Source: an uncultured Pseudobdellovibrionaceae bacterium (GTDB taxonomy: Bacteria > Bdellovibrionota > FAC87 > UBA2466). From it: a stretch of DNA of 64,000 nt. The stretch is from contig CAZRZK010000001.1 of assembly GCA_964604555.1 (NCBI GenBank), forward strand, positions 205,991 through 269,990. Reading direction: 5' to 3'. The notes beneath the pieces are model-generated. The model did no database searches. It saw only the letters and a program-made list of their open reading frames with translations, and was not told the DNA's origin. A program made the translations under genes and the position numbers. Shown here piece by piece: positions 1 through 9,979 of this stretch. The first letter of the stretch is position 1. Each line of letters starts with the position of its first letter.

Positions 1-1106
1 GGATCCACGGCTTTTCCGTTTTCGCGGATTTCGAAATAAAGACTGGGGTGTTCGTTGTTTCCGGTGTCTCCGACATAACCAATCGTCTCCCCTTGATCCA
101 CTTTGGTACCTTGTCCTTTAGTGCTTTTAAAAAGATGGGCGCTGAGCGAATAAAATCCGCCCCCATGGTGAACAATTACCACATTTCCTAATCCCTTCAC
201 CCAGCCATCATACTCGATAACTCCACCTAAGACGGCACTGACCGGAGTGTTGTGCTCGGCCTCGATCTCAATCCCCTTTTGGAAGGTAACGGTGTGGAAT
301 TTTTCGTGAATCGATTTACCAAAGCTTTTTACGATCGTCCCGGTTTCAATCGGGAGAGGCAAGGAGCCGGGGCGAGGAAAGGAAACAGGGGTATCCCGGG
401 TCGCTTCCAGGTTTTGGAAAAGAGCCGAAACTTGTGAAGAGATTTGCTTATATTCCCGGTTGAGTTGTTGAAACTGATTTTGTTTGTCATTTAGATTGAC
501 CATCAGAGAATGTTTTTTCTTAAGTAGGTCAGTTAAGATCTTTTCCTGTTCTTTTAATTCTTTCAAGAGGTCGGCTTCAGCGGCACTTGCGCGGCTTAAT
601 TTTTGTTCGCTTTCTCCCAATCGTTTGGCTCTTTCTTCCAGCTGATGGGTCAGTTGACCATGCGACTTTAAAGTCCGATAGAGAATCCGAATTCGGCTCG
701 TGATGGCATTGAGGTCCTCTCCGTGCATGAAAAACCGGAAAATACCGTCTTTTTTCACTTTGTAGACGACCTTAAACAAGAGCAGAAGCCGTTCTTTCTG
801 AACCTGCTCTTGTTCCTTTTGTCGTTTCACCTCGAGGGCCATGTTTTCCAAGGCCATACTCAACTCTTGTTGATTGGCCGAAATTTGCACTAATTTTTCG
901 CGCACGCGGTTTTGGCTCAGGTTGAGACGATCTAACTCTTCGAAGAGGCTTTTCCGCTGGGTTTCGCGAGCTTCAAATTTGGGTTTTTCTTGTTGAATGA
1001 GGAGCTTCAGTTTTTTCGCCCGTTCCACCTTTTCATTTGATGCTGGATCGGTGGCGCAATGAATGGAGGGAGAAAGAGATAAAATGAGAGTGAAGAGCAG
1101 TGACAT
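1..1106 (-). CDS. M23/LytM-domain peptidase with N-terminal signal peptide and long coiled coil (EnvC-like murein hydrolase activator); C-terminal few residues cut by window edge
   Basis: Manual translation of reverse strand from ATG at 1106..1104: MSLLFTLILSLS...coiled-coil...GIEIEAEHNTPVSAVLGGVIEYDGWVKGLGNVVIVHHGGGFYSLSAHL...GYVGDTGNNEHPSLYFEIRENGKAVD (LytM motif). Lies 3 nt downstream of ftsX, the classic ftsE-ftsX-envC order. Confidence 0.85.
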   Translation of the reverse strand, partial: MSLLFTLILSLSPSIHCATDPASNEKVERAKKLKLLIQQEKPKFEARETQRKSLFEELDRLNLSQNRVREKLVQISANQQELSMALENMALEVKRQKEQEQVQKERLLLLFKVVYKVKKDGIFRFFMHGEDLNAITSRIRILYRTLKSHGQLTHQLEERAKRLGESEQKLSRASAAEADLLKELKEQEKILTDLLKKKHSLMVNLNDKQNQFQQLNREYKQISSQVSALFQNLEATRDTPVSFPRPGSLPLPIETGTIVKSFGKSIHEKFHTVTFQKGIEIEAEHNTPVSAVLGGVIEYDGWVKGLGNVVIVHHGGGFYSLSAHLFKSTKGQGTKVDQGETIGYVGDTGNNEHPSLYFEIRENGKAVD

Positions 1107-1109
1107 GAA

Positions 1110-1994
1110 TTAATTTTCTTGAAACCGTAGGAAAACGGTGATGCTTCCTGCGAAAGCCATTCCCATCCCGACGAAAAGCAGCAGCACTATCTGAGCTGGG
1201 CTTAAAAAGAGCCATTCCCGAATTCCCATCAATGAAACCCAATGGGTGGAGATGAGGGTCGCCATGAGACCTTTGATAAAGACTAAAATGGTCAATGAGA
1301 TCAGAGTTCCTAATATCCCTTCAATTGCAGCCTCCCAGAGAAAGGGGGCGAGGATAAAATTGCGATGGGCACCGATCAACCAAACGGTGTCGATTTCATG
1401 TTTGCGGGATTGGTGCCGCATTCCCATGAAGTTTGCGATGATGAAGCTGCACCCCACCAGGATTCCCATCAACAGGAGCCACCCAAAAACCTTGATCGTT
1501 TGGCGGACCCTTTTATATTGAGCGAGCCAGTCCTCTGAAAAATCGACCTCTGCCACCTCTTGGAAACTGGAAATCTCCTGCTTGTGCTTCGCAATGATGG
1601 CTTCACTCGTATCGGCATTCATTTGCAGTTCGATCACGTCGGGAAAGAGTTCTGTTCCCGGGAGGACATTCATGCCAGCGCCGCCTAAAAACGCTTGGAG
1701 ATCTTGAACGACTACGTTCCTTGTTTTAAAGATGACCGATTGGATTCCCTCCAAAGTCTGGAGACGGGTTTCAAGGGTTTTGATCTCATTTTCAACCAAT
1801 CCCTCTTTGAGGTAAACCGTTCCGGTAACATGAGGGGAGGTTTTCTCAGCCATGCGATCAAAGTTTCGGGAACAGATGAAAAAGGATCCTAAGATGACTA
1901 GGGCGACGCAGATGGTGGAGATGCTGATGAAGTGGAGCCAGGGATGACGAGTAAAGTCGGTCAGACTCCGTCTTAAGCCCCTATTTTTGATCAT
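1110..1994 (-). CDS. ftsX: Cell-division ABC transporter permease FtsX
   Basis: 294 aa, 4 TM topology with large periplasmic loop; immediately downstream of ftsE with 2 nt gap. Confidence 0.85.
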   Translation of the reverse strand: MIKNRGLRRSLTDFTRHPWLHFISISTICVALVILGSFFICSRNFDRMAEKTSPHVTGTVYLKEGLVENEIKTLETRLQTLEGIQSVIFKTRNVVVQDLQAFLGGAGMNVLPGTELFPDVIELQMNADTSEAIIAKHKQEISSFQEVAEVDFSEDWLAQYKRVRQTIKVFGWLLLMGILVGCSFIIANFMGMRHQSRKHEIDTVWLIGAHRNFILAPFLWEAAIEGILGTLISLTILVFIKGLMATLISTHWVSLMGIREWLFLSPAQIVLLLFVGMGMAFAGSITVFLRFQEN

Positions 1995-1996
1995 AG

Positions 1997-2677
1997 CTAT
2001 TCATTCCCTTTATCGACGAGGACTTGGCCCCGTTTGAGTTCAATGACGCGAGCAGGGTATTCCTGCATTAAAATTTCATCATGGGTCGCAATCAGGACGG
2101 TGGTTCCCATTTCATGAATCTCTTGGAAGAGTTGCATGATATCCCGGGCTGTTTGGTTATCGAGGTTGCCGGTCGGCTCATCGGCTAATAAGAGCGAAGG
2201 TTTCCCAATAATGGCTCTGGCAATCGCAATCCGTTGTTGCTCACCACCCGAGAGTCCCATGGGAAAATCTTGACCGCGATCGGAGAGGCCTACTAAGGTC
2301 AAAACCCCTTTAACCTTAAAGTCTATTTCAGAGGGACTAATTTTGCGAATTTCAAGTGGAAGGGCAATGTTATCGTAAACCGTTAAATCGGGAAGAAGTT
2401 TAAAGTCTTGGAAGACAAAACCCACTTCACGACGGTATTCAAACACCTTCTTTTTTGGGAGCTGCGAGATTTCTCGGTTATTAACGAGAATGGATCCTTC
2501 GCTCGCCCGTTCCATTGCATACAGCAATTTCAGAAGAGTTGTTTTTCCGGCACCATTGGAGCCAGTGACATAGGCAAATTCGCCGCGGTCGAGATCGAAA
2601 GTAACATTACAAAGAGCATAACGCTCCGCCGCATAAAGCTTGCCGACACCATTGAGGGAGACCATTTTGCGTGACAT
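1997..2677 (-). CDS. ftsE: Cell-division ABC transporter ATP-binding protein FtsE
   Basis: Walker [13 protein letters not shown] signature [14 protein letters not shown], Walker [14 protein letters not shown]-loop; 226 aa. Confidence 0.9.
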   Translation of the reverse strand: MSRKMVSLNGVGKLYAAERYALCNVTFDLDRGEFAYVTGSNGAGKTTLLKLLYAMERASEGSILVNNREISQLPKKKVFEYRREVGFVFQDFKLLPDLTVYDNIALPLEIRKISPSEIDFKVKGVLTLVGLSDRGQDFPMGLSGGEQQRIAIARAIIGKPSLLLADEPTGNLDNQTARDIMQLFQEIHEMGTTVLIATHDEILMQEYPARVIELKRGQVLVDKGNE

Positions 2678-2794
2678 GGATTTTTCCTAAAAGGGCCAGG
2701 GGACGTAGATAGACTCTCTAATTGTATCATAAGAAAGAAGGGGGTCCATATAATCGTTGGCAAGCGACCCTAAAATCCTTATAAAGAGAGATTC

Positions 2795-2869
<75 letters not shown>

Positions 2870-2956
2870 TAACACTCAATGATTAACCTCAAGATTAAGA
2901 TTAAACTTTAGCGCCGTAGGCGCTCTGGCAGTCTTCTTTTGTGATAAAATTGTGAA

Positions 2957-4006
2957 ATGCCTTTCATAGGTTTGCTCCTCACTACTTTAATGGCAGCCCC
3001 CCAAGCTTTTTACCTTCAGGAAATAGGCGAGACTTGCAATTGGATGTTACGCAACGCAGAAAAAAAGCAGGTAAAAACCTTCCATCAAACCAAGGCCTGT
3101 CCGAGTCAGATTTTGCTCGACTCAAAAGAAAAGCGAACCCTTTATATTCAAGAAAAAAAACTCTACTCCCATAGTTGGGATCACGCTCCGGCGACTGCCA
3201 AGCTAATCGCAGAACTTCCCTCGTTGCCTCACAATGAGTTTGATGGCGAGCTTATTTTGACCGAGCCCGAAAGGAAAATGCGGATTGTTTATCTTCAGGA
3301 ACTCAAGGAGGGAGAAGTCCAGATTAAAGAGGACAAAAGGTATTACCTCTATAAGGGAAAGTGGATTGAGGGAAGAGAGCCCGCAGTTGGCGTACCGGCA
3401 TTTGCAATTGTTCAGGACCTAGAAAAAGATGGAAAATGGGTCGAAAAACAGATGGTCCAGACCGACACTGGTGCTTGCGATACAGTCGGATTGGACATGT
3501 TGGACAGAAGCCAAAGAAAATTGGCGAGTGGAATAGAAGTCATGCCGAAGGCTGGGGGGACGATGCCTTTTGTTCAGATGGGATGGCAACCCATTTCCAA
3601 GTTCGGATTAGAGGCGCCCGATTTGGAAAAGATAAAAAAACAGTTTCCGAAGTTTGATACCGATGAGAGTGAGATTGTGGCTTTTTCATGGGGAGAGAAG
3701 AAGCTTCTTTTTTTCCTGAAAACTCATGTCGATACTTTTGCCTATCCAGAAGCGCCCATTTTCATTGGAAGTAAAAAGGGTGATGCCATCAATTTTTTTG
3801 CGGAGAAACCAGAGAAGCCGGGCCGAAAAACATTTTCCTTTCACCGTGCCTCGCCTTTTTTGGCTTTGGAAGAGACCGAGACTTTTCCCAGACACAATGT
3901 GACCATTTTAAAAGAAGGGGAAACCGAACCTTGGGACCGAGTTGAATGGGTTCGGCATAATTCTTTTTCGTGGGTTGATGAATCGTTTTTTAAGATTAAG
4001 GATTAA
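2957..4006 (+). CDS. Hypothetical secreted protein (N-terminal hydrophobic signal-like segment), no recognisable domain
   Basis: 349 aa ORF sandwiched between tRNA-Cys and tRNA-Arg; coding-like composition. Confidence 0.5.
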   Translation: MPFIGLLLTTLMAAPQAFYLQEIGETCNWMLRNAEKKQVKTFHQTKACPSQILLDSKEKRTLYIQEKKLYSHSWDHAPATAKLIAELPSLPHNEFDGELILTEPERKMRIVYLQELKEGEVQIKEDKRYYLYKGKWIEGREPAVGVPAFAIVQDLEKDGKWVEKQMVQTDTGACDTVGLDMLDRSQRKLASGIEVMPKAGGTMPFVQMGWQPISKFGLEAPDLEKIKKQFPKFDTDESEIVAFSWGEKKLLFFLKTHVDTFAYPEAPIFIGSKKGDAINFFAEKPEKPGRKTFSFHRASPFLALEETETFPRHNVTILKEGETEPWDRVEWVRHNSFSWVDESFFKIKD

Positions 4007-4007
4007 G

Positions 4008-4081
4008 TGGGCGGTGAGGGATTCGAACCCCCGGCCCCGTGGTTCGAAGCCACGTGCTCTATCCAACTGAGCTAACCGCCC
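4008..4081 (-). tRNA. tRNA-Arg (anticodon TCG), no encoded CCA
   Basis: Reverse complement GGGCGGTTAGCTCAGTTGGATAGAGCACGTGGCTTCGAACCACGGGGCCGGGGGTTCGAATCCCTCACCGCCCA; acceptor GGGCGGT/ACCGCCC, anticodon loop CTTCGAA. Confidence 0.85.
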
Positions 4082-4115
4082 CCATTCGACTGAATGGGGC
4101 GCAGATTACCATCAA

Positions 4116-4760
4116 ATGATACAGAGATCTACTTTCCCTATAGCCCTTTTCCTGTTCTTGAGCAGCCCTGTATTTGCCGAATCGCTCATTCCCCAGCATT
4201 CCATTTCGGGAGTTTTGGGAGTGCCCCACCCCATTACCCTTGCGTACGACTACCGAATCAACCGTACCTTTTCGACCGGCTTTTCAATGGGCTTCTTTAA
4301 TTACACCTATAAATATAAAACCGGTGATGATATCAGGCTTTCAAGTGAGAATTACGATATTCGAGGGCGAATCCATCCTTTTGGGGCCGCTTTTTTTATC
4401 GGGGTGATGTTAGGAACTCGCAAATACCAGGCTGAAGCAACCCGAGATATTCCCCTGGCGAGTGGCTTTAATCTACCCGTGACTGGAACGCTGACCATCT
4501 CTAGTTATTACGTCACTCCCCATTTGGGTTGGTTTTGGGTGAGTCAAAGAGGGTTTACGATCGGAGTGGAATTGGGGTGCCAAATTCCACTGGATCCCAG
4601 TACCAATATTTCGATTCCAGTGGCAGATACTTTCTTTCCTCAGGTGAGAGAAACGGCCGATTACCAAGCCCTTGTTTCCGATATTAATGGTCCTGCACTT
4701 CAAATAGGCAGGACGATATTGCCTTATCTTGCCCTCCTACGATTAGGTTGGACCTTTTAA
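4116..4760 (+). CDS. Putative small outer-membrane beta-barrel protein (signal peptide, C-terminal ...GWTF)
   Basis: N-terminal MIQRSTFPIALFLFLSSPVFA signal; alternating amphipathic strands; terminal aromatic Phe typical of OMP barrels. Confidence 0.5.
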   Translation: MIQRSTFPIALFLFLSSPVFAESLIPQHSISGVLGVPHPITLAYDYRINRTFSTGFSMGFFNYTYKYKTGDDIRLSSENYDIRGRIHPFGAAFFIGVMLGTRKYQAEATRDIPLASGFNLPVTGTLTISSYYVTPHLGWFWVSQRGFTIGVELGCQIPLDPSTNISIPVADTFFPQVRETADYQALVSDINGPALQIGRTILPYLALLRLGWTF

Positions 4761-4782
4761 AATGAGTCAGTAGAATAGCCCC

Positions 4783-5367
4783 ATGACAGTGGATGTTTTG
4801 TGGGTGGTTTTAGCCTATTTAGTGGGGAGCATTCCTACTGGGGTTCTACTCACACGTAATCGTTATGGACTCGATGTCCGCGAAATGGGAAGTGGCAACA
4901 TTGGCGCTACCAATGTCACTCGTGTTTTTGGGTGGAGTGCGGGGATCTTGGTTTTTCTCATCGATGTTCTGAAAGCGGCCATTCCAGTATGGGGATTTGT
5001 AAAACTGGGTTATGAGCCTCTTTTTGTTTCCATCATCGGAATCGCTATCGTCATCGGACATTGTTTTAGTGTTTTTCTTAAGTTTAAAGGTGGAAAAGGG
5101 GTGGCCTCTAGTTTTGGGGTCCTGCTCATTTTGGTTCCCTGGGGTGCGCTTGTGGGAGGCATCGTCTATGGAATTCTATTGGCGGTTACTCGAATCAGTG
5201 CGATCGGTTCTCTGGGGGGGATGCTCAGTGTATTTATCTACCTTTGGGTGATGTCAAAGGAGCAGGCCCATGTGATCTTGATTGCGTTCTTATCGGCGAT
5301 TGTTTTGATCCAGCACCGCAGTAATTTGGTTCGGTTGTGGCAAACGTTTCAGGAGAAAAGAAAATGA
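4783..5367 (+). CDS. plsY: Glycerol-3-phosphate acyltransferase PlsY
   Basis: 194 aa polytopic membrane protein with GSGNIGATN motif characteristic of PlsY. Confidence 0.9.
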   Translation: MTVDVLWVVLAYLVGSIPTGVLLTRNRYGLDVREMGSGNIGATNVTRVFGWSAGILVFLIDVLKAAIPVWGFVKLGYEPLFVSIIGIAIVIGHCFSVFLKFKGGKGVASSFGVLLILVPWGALVGGIVYGILLAVTRISAIGSLGGMLSVFIYLWVMSKEQAHVILIAFLSAIVLIQHRSNLVRLWQTFQEKRK

Positions 5368-6662
5368 AAATTCTTTTTTTGTTTTTAATCAGCGTCCCGC
5401 TCTTTGGAAAAGGATTGTTTCTCAAAGATCCAAAGGCGGCGTTTGAACAAGCCAAGAACCAGAAAAAAAATATCCTGATCGATTTCTATGGGATCTGGTG
5501 TCCGCCTTGTAATGAATTGGATGAGACGGTATTTGAAACCTCCCGCTTTATCCAGGCGGCAAAGAAAAATTTCATTTTGCTTAAAGTGGATGCAGACGCA
5601 AAAGATTCCTGGGAGTTAAAGAGCCTTTATAAAGTCGGTGGCTATCCCACCTTATTGTTTTTAAATTCATCTAGAGACGAGATTTATCGTGTCGCGGGTT
5701 ATCGTTCATTGGATGAGATGATCCGGATCCTGGGATTTGTGACCAACCTGAAAGGGAAGGGGTATCAGGACTCCTGTTTACAGAATGATATAGAATCATT
5801 GTGGCAATGTTTCCAGGTTTGTCGCGAACGCAAAAATGATTCCTGTGTGGCTCTCACCATTCCGAAGTTAGAAGGGCTGGTAAAAACCGGAACTTTTCGT
5901 TATGAGGAACTTCGAAGTTACACCGTACAAAATGAAAAAAATTCCGATCTTAAAAGAGACGGTTATGAGCGTTTGCTGAGTGAAATGCCCCAATCGGTTT
6001 TTGCCCCCCTGTGGTCTTTGGAATACTTAGGACTTTTTGATGCCAATCCTAAACCAGCACCCAAAAAAGAGAAGGTGGAAAAGGTTCTAGAAAAATATTC
6101 GGAGATACTGAAAAATCCAAATTTAGATTTGGCTGGATTCCCGAAATCGGATTTGTTGCAAATGAAAGCGGAACTATTGGCCAAATTGGGAAAAGAGGCT
6201 GAGTCGAAAAAGGCTTGGGCCGAGGCCGCCGAACTTTTGGGCAACTTGGCGAAAGGAAACAAGGCCTCGAAAGACAATCGCGGATTCAATTTGGAGCGGG
6301 CCTATTGTTTGGCTCAATCGGGGGAATCGGAGAAGGCTTTGAAATTGGCCAATGAATACCGGAAGCTTTATCCCGAAGAGTTCACCTTTCATTATCAAGT
6401 CGCTTCCATGCTGAATGGGGACAAAAAGTACACTGAAGCATTGCCCATCGCCAAACAGGCGTATCAATATTCCTACGGGGATAATAAGATTCGCGCTGCG
6501 ATGCTCCTCCTTAAACTCTATGCCACTATTCCCGATAGAGGATCGGCGCAGCAAATATTTGAAAGTGTGAGTAAGGAATTTGCTCCGGTGCCTGAGCTGG
6601 AGATCCGTACCCATCGTTATCTCAAGCAGATGAAAGATCTCTACACCCAAAATTTCAAATAG
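5364..6662 (+). CDS. Secreted thioredoxin-fold protein (WCPPC active site) with C-terminal TPR-like helical region
   Basis: Start ATG 5364 overlaps plsY stop (ATGA); signal peptide MKILFLFLISVPLFG; DFYGIWCPPCNELDE thioredoxin motif; the 5337 start in ORF track is an upstream extension. Confidence 0.75.
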   Translation: MKILFLFLISVPLFGKGLFLKDPKAAFEQAKNQKKNILIDFYGIWCPPCNELDETVFETSRFIQAAKKNFILLKVDADAKDSWELKSLYKVGGYPTLLFLNSSRDEIYRVAGYRSLDEMIRILGFVTNLKGKGYQDSCLQNDIESLWQCFQVCRERKNDSCVALTIPKLEGLVKTGTFRYEELRSYTVQNEKNSDLKRDGYERLLSEMPQSVFAPLWSLEYLGLFDANPKPAPKKEKVEKVLEKYSEILKNPNLDLAGFPKSDLLQMKAELLAKLGKEAESKKAWAEAAELLGNLAKGNKASKDNRGFNLERAYCLAQSGESEKALKLANEYRKLYPEEFTFHYQVASMLNGDKKYTEALPIAKQAYQYSYGDNKIRAAMLLLKLYATIPDRGSAQQIFESVSKEFAPVPELEIRTHRYLKQMKDLYTQNFK

Positions 6663-6676
6663 CCGATATAGGTAAG

Positions 6677-7846
6677 GTGAAGTCTGCCCCTATAACTAAC
6701 ATACCGAGTCAAGAAGAGCGCGTTAGAGAACTCGAACGGAAGCTCGAAACCCTCACCTTGGAGATTAAGCAACGAGAAGAATTCTTAAGCGTCTGCGCAC
6801 ATGATCTGCGTTCTCCCTTAGGTCTAATCCAGACCAGCCTTCAGATGGTGCTGAAAGCGGGGAAATTACAGCCGATGCAGGAGGAATTACTGACCCGAGC
6901 GAAACGGCAATCGGTCCAGGCAATACAATTGATTAAAGATCTCCTCGATGTGATGTCCCTGGAGCAAGGACTCAAACCTTCCTATGAGCTTTTGGGACTT
7001 GATACCCTTTTAAAGGAATTTTGGAACGATCACCAATTGGAAAGTGAAGCCAAGGGAATTCGGTTTGAATACCAAAATGAGATCCCTCAATGGCGTATTT
7101 TAGGGGATGCTGACAGGCTCCGTCAGCTACTCCAAAATCTTTTCACTAACGCCGTTAAATTCACCGATCCCAAAAAGAAGATTTTATTGACGGTAAAACC
7201 ATTTCAGGGCCGACGTCGAAATGATCCCACCCACCCGATGGTGATTGTCAGCATTCAGGATGAAGGAAAAGGGATTCCAGAAGGGGAAATCAAAAAGATT
7301 TTCGATCGCTTTTCACAGGTCAAAGGAGCAGGACGACAAGAGGGTAGAGGATTGGGATTAACTGTCGCGAAACAGATCTCCAATCTTCACGACGGGAACG
7401 TTTGGGTCGAAAGTCAGTCAGGAGTGGGGTCGACTTTTCATGTGTTGTTGCCTTATGCGATAGCTCAAGGAAATTTGGAAGAGTTTCACCCGAAGCGCAT
7501 TTTGATCTGTGAGCCTTCACTTGAGAAGCGCGATGCCTATTACGGCGATTTAGCCAAAAATGGCTACGAGCTTTTCTTCGCCAATGACGGTGTGGACACT
7601 TTGACCTACGCCTTTCATCTTAAACCCCACTTTGTGATCCTTTCGGAACTGAGCCAGAAGCTCCATTCGGCCGATGTCGCGGGCATGTTGAAGACCGAAA
7701 TCGCTTTTCGGAAGGTAAGGGTATTGCTTGCGCACGAAGTTACCGGTCCTAAATGCGAAAGTAGCGCTCTTTACGATGAAATATTGATGCTTCCATTCAC
7801 CAAGGAAGCATTTGATCGCTTCTTATTCAGTGCTCAAGACAAATAG
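6677..7846 (+). CDS. Cytoplasmic sensor histidine kinase with C-terminal degenerate (pseudo-)receiver domain
   Basis: GTG start; H-box CAHDLRSPL, N/G boxes (NLFTNAVKFT, GRGLGL); C-terminal 120 aa resembles receiver fold but acidic pocket replaced (ILICEPS, FVILSELS). Confidence 0.75.
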   Translation: MKSAPITNIPSQEERVRELERKLETLTLEIKQREEFLSVCAHDLRSPLGLIQTSLQMVLKAGKLQPMQEELLTRAKRQSVQAIQLIKDLLDVMSLEQGLKPSYELLGLDTLLKEFWNDHQLESEAKGIRFEYQNEIPQWRILGDADRLRQLLQNLFTNAVKFTDPKKKILLTVKPFQGRRRNDPTHPMVIVSIQDEGKGIPEGEIKKIFDRFSQVKGAGRQEGRGLGLTVAKQISNLHDGNVWVESQSGVGSTFHVLLPYAIAQGNLEEFHPKRILICEPSLEKRDAYYGDLAKNGYELFFANDGVDTLTYAFHLKPHFVILSELSQKLHSADVAGMLKTEIAFRKVRVLLAHEVTGPKCESSALYDEILMLPFTKEAFDRFLFSAQDK

Positions 7847-7855
7847 CAAAAGGGG

Positions 7856-7888
7856 TGTCATTGCGAGGCTGTCCGCCACGCAATGACA
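7856..7888. repeat. Short hairpin copy of the GTCATTGCG palindromic repeat family between convergent genes
   Basis: tgtcattgcg...cgcaatgaca perfect 10 bp stem; lies between stop of kinase gene (7846) and stop of convergent lipoprotein gene (7906). Confidence 0.5.
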
Positions 7889-7905
7889 GTTTTTGCGTAA
7901 ACCAA

Positions 7906-8688
7906 CTAAAAGCTAAGTTCTGGTTGCTCATTCAAATCTTGCCAGAGGTAGAGATCATTCTTTTTATCGACCGTCGTGCTCATCTGATTCACTAGGCCCC
8001 CATCCTGTTCACGGAGCTGCGCGAGGTGGTAACCGATGTATTTGGGTGATGTGATGACCAGTTTGTAGTCTTTTTCGATGTGCCATTCGATATCAACGCT
8101 GAAGTCGATCAGTTCATCAATCTTGTCGGTATCGATCTCTATCTTCCCGTTGTTTTCTGTGTAGAAAGTAAAGCTCATCTCCTTTACAAAGAGTCCATTC
8201 ACGATAAAGGGGTAGTTGATGAGATAATCCTGGCAAGCCACATCCATCTCCTTTTGGTAAAAGCGGTGCAATTGGATTTGATCGATCATCTCTACCGAGG
8301 CCCCTTTGGCTTCGAAATCGACTTTCTTGATGTGTTCCATGTTGAACTTGAAAGTGAAAGGCGAGGTTCCGACGGAGGTAATTAAGTTGAGGCTGGCGTC
8401 GAATTTAAGGTGGGCACTGTAATGGGTTTGAGGAAGATCGGTATCCGACTCCCATCGCAATTCGGTTGGTTCACCATTCCATACGTCCGGGAAACAGCGA
8501 GTTGGAAGGCCCATCGGAAGCAGCTGACTCGGCTTGCCACGGAGAATGGTGCCGGGTCCCACCTTTCCTAATGGAATCCTAAATGGAATGAAACCCAGCT
8601 TTTCAATCCGGGAAAAATATTCGGTTGCGGGATCCTGGCAGCCCACTAATAAAATTGAAATAAGGAGAAATCGACATCGTTTAATCAT
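7906..8688 (-). CDS. Hypothetical lipoprotein (lipobox LLVGC)
   Basis: MIKRCRFLLISILLVGCQ signal/lipobox; 260 aa, no known domain recognised. Confidence 0.55.
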   Translation of the reverse strand: MIKRCRFLLISILLVGCQDPATEYFSRIEKLGFIPFRIPLGKVGPGTILRGKPSQLLPMGLPTRCFPDVWNGEPTELRWESDTDLPQTHYSAHLKFDASLNLITSVGTSPFTFKFNMEHIKKVDFEAKGASVEMIDQIQLHRFYQKEMDVACQDYLINYPFIVNGLFVKEMSFTFYTENNGKIEIDTDKIDELIDFSVDIEWHIEKDYKLVITSPKYIGYHLAQLREQDGGLVNQMSTTVDKKNDLYLWQDLNEQPELSF

Positions 8689-8781
8689 GACTGTCTATCG
8701 GGTTCCGGAGAGGGTACTTAAGACAGCAATTATGAAATTACTGCCACAATTTTAACGTTACTGAACGGGCGTAACTCGATT

Positions 8782-9930
8782 TCACCAGCCACCACGAATG
8801 ATTTTACAGATTCTGCGGACATCGTCAGTTGATACTTTGTGATGGATGGGAAGAACCAGATATTTTTCCTCCAGAGTATCCATGTTCGGGAGATTTTTTT
8901 GGCGTCCCCCAAAAATTGTATAGCGATCATTTCGATAATGAACCTGATTAGATTCGATCCCATGTTGATAAAGTTTTTTCTGAAGGTCTAGTCTACGATC
9001 TTCAACTGCAATGGTCGCTAGCCAAGCAGCGTGTTCTCTATCGGTATAGCTCGCGCCTAAAAGTTGAATGCCAGGGATGCCCTGAAGATGTTCTTTATAA
9101 GTGTGGAGTAGTAACCGACGGTGGGATAATATTCTATCAAAATCATCCAGAGCAGCTATTCCTAATGCTGCGGCAATATCAGTCATCTGATATTTATAAC
9201 CGATTTCGTAGATATCGTTTTCCCACACTCCCGCCTGTTTTGCCATCCGATCAATTCCAAACCACCGAAGGCGTTTTAGTTTTTCGGTGTAACCTGGATT
9301 GTTGAGAGTGATCATTCCCCCATCACCGGTGGTAAAATGTTTAATTGCTTGGAAGGAGTATATCGCAAAATCGGAGAGCATTCCGATTGGTTTCTCCCAA
9401 TATGTAGCTCCAAGGCCATGTGCGGCATCCTGGATAAGAGGAATTCCATATTCCGAAGCAATCATTCGAAGCTCATTCATGTCACAGGGTAGCCCACCAT
9501 AATGGACACAAACAATGGCACGTGTCCGAGAATTAACCAACTGCCTCACATGATTAGGATCGATATTTAAACTATGGGGTTGAATATCGGCAAAAACTGG
9601 CTTTGCACCGATATAGAGCAGGGGGATATTGGTCGCGGTGCAGGTAAAAACGGGAACGACCACCTCATCACCAGCAGATACACCTGCGAGAAGGTAGGCT
9701 AAGTGTAGAGCATCAGTACCCGAACCCACGGAGATGGCGGGGTTTCCTTGAGCAAAACGGGAACTAAATCTTTGCTCGAAAAGTTCCACTTTAGGACCTT
9801 GGCCGATCCAACGAGAGTTGAGGGTATGCGCCACTTCCTGGATACCACCAGGGCTAATATATGGATAAAATAAAACAATGCGATCAGGTCCTGGTTCCAT
9901 TACAGGCATATCTTTCTGAACTGAGGCCAT
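8782..9930 (-). CDS. DegT/DnrJ/EryC1/StrS-family PLP-dependent sugar aminotransferase
   Basis: SFQAIKHFTTGDGG lysine motif, overall family-typical sequence; start chosen at MASVQ (AGGGGGA RBS 5 nt upstream) rather than the ORF-track 9966. Confidence 0.85.
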   Translation of the reverse strand: MASVQKDMPVMEPGPDRIVLFYPYISPGGIQEVAHTLNSRWIGQGPKVELFEQRFSSRFAQGNPAISVGSGTDALHLAYLLAGVSAGDEVVVPVFTCTATNIPLLYIGAKPVFADIQPHSLNIDPNHVRQLVNSRTRAIVCVHYGGLPCDMNELRMIASEYGIPLIQDAAHGLGATYWEKPIGMLSDFAIYSFQAIKHFTTGDGGMITLNNPGYTEKLKRLRWFGIDRMAKQAGVWENDIYEIGYKYQMTDIAAALGIAALDDFDRILSHRRLLLHTYKEHLQGIPGIQLLGASYTDREHAAWLATIAVEDRRLDLQKKLYQHGIESNQVHYRNDRYTIFGGRQKNLPNMDTLEEKYLVLPIHHKVSTDDVRRICKIIRGGW

Positions 9931-9979
9931 ACGTTTCCCCCTGATCTCCACAGAAACAAATAGCAATGTTATTTTAGTT

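Noticed and set aside
1-6. GGATCC at the very start, as evidence of a cloning-vector boundary
   Set aside because: GGATCC also occurs internally, for example near 1878 and 2494. The coincidence is noted but not interpreted.
6174-6650. 158 aa minus-strand ORF
   Set aside because: It is antisense to the thioredoxin-fold/TPR gene and has no start context.
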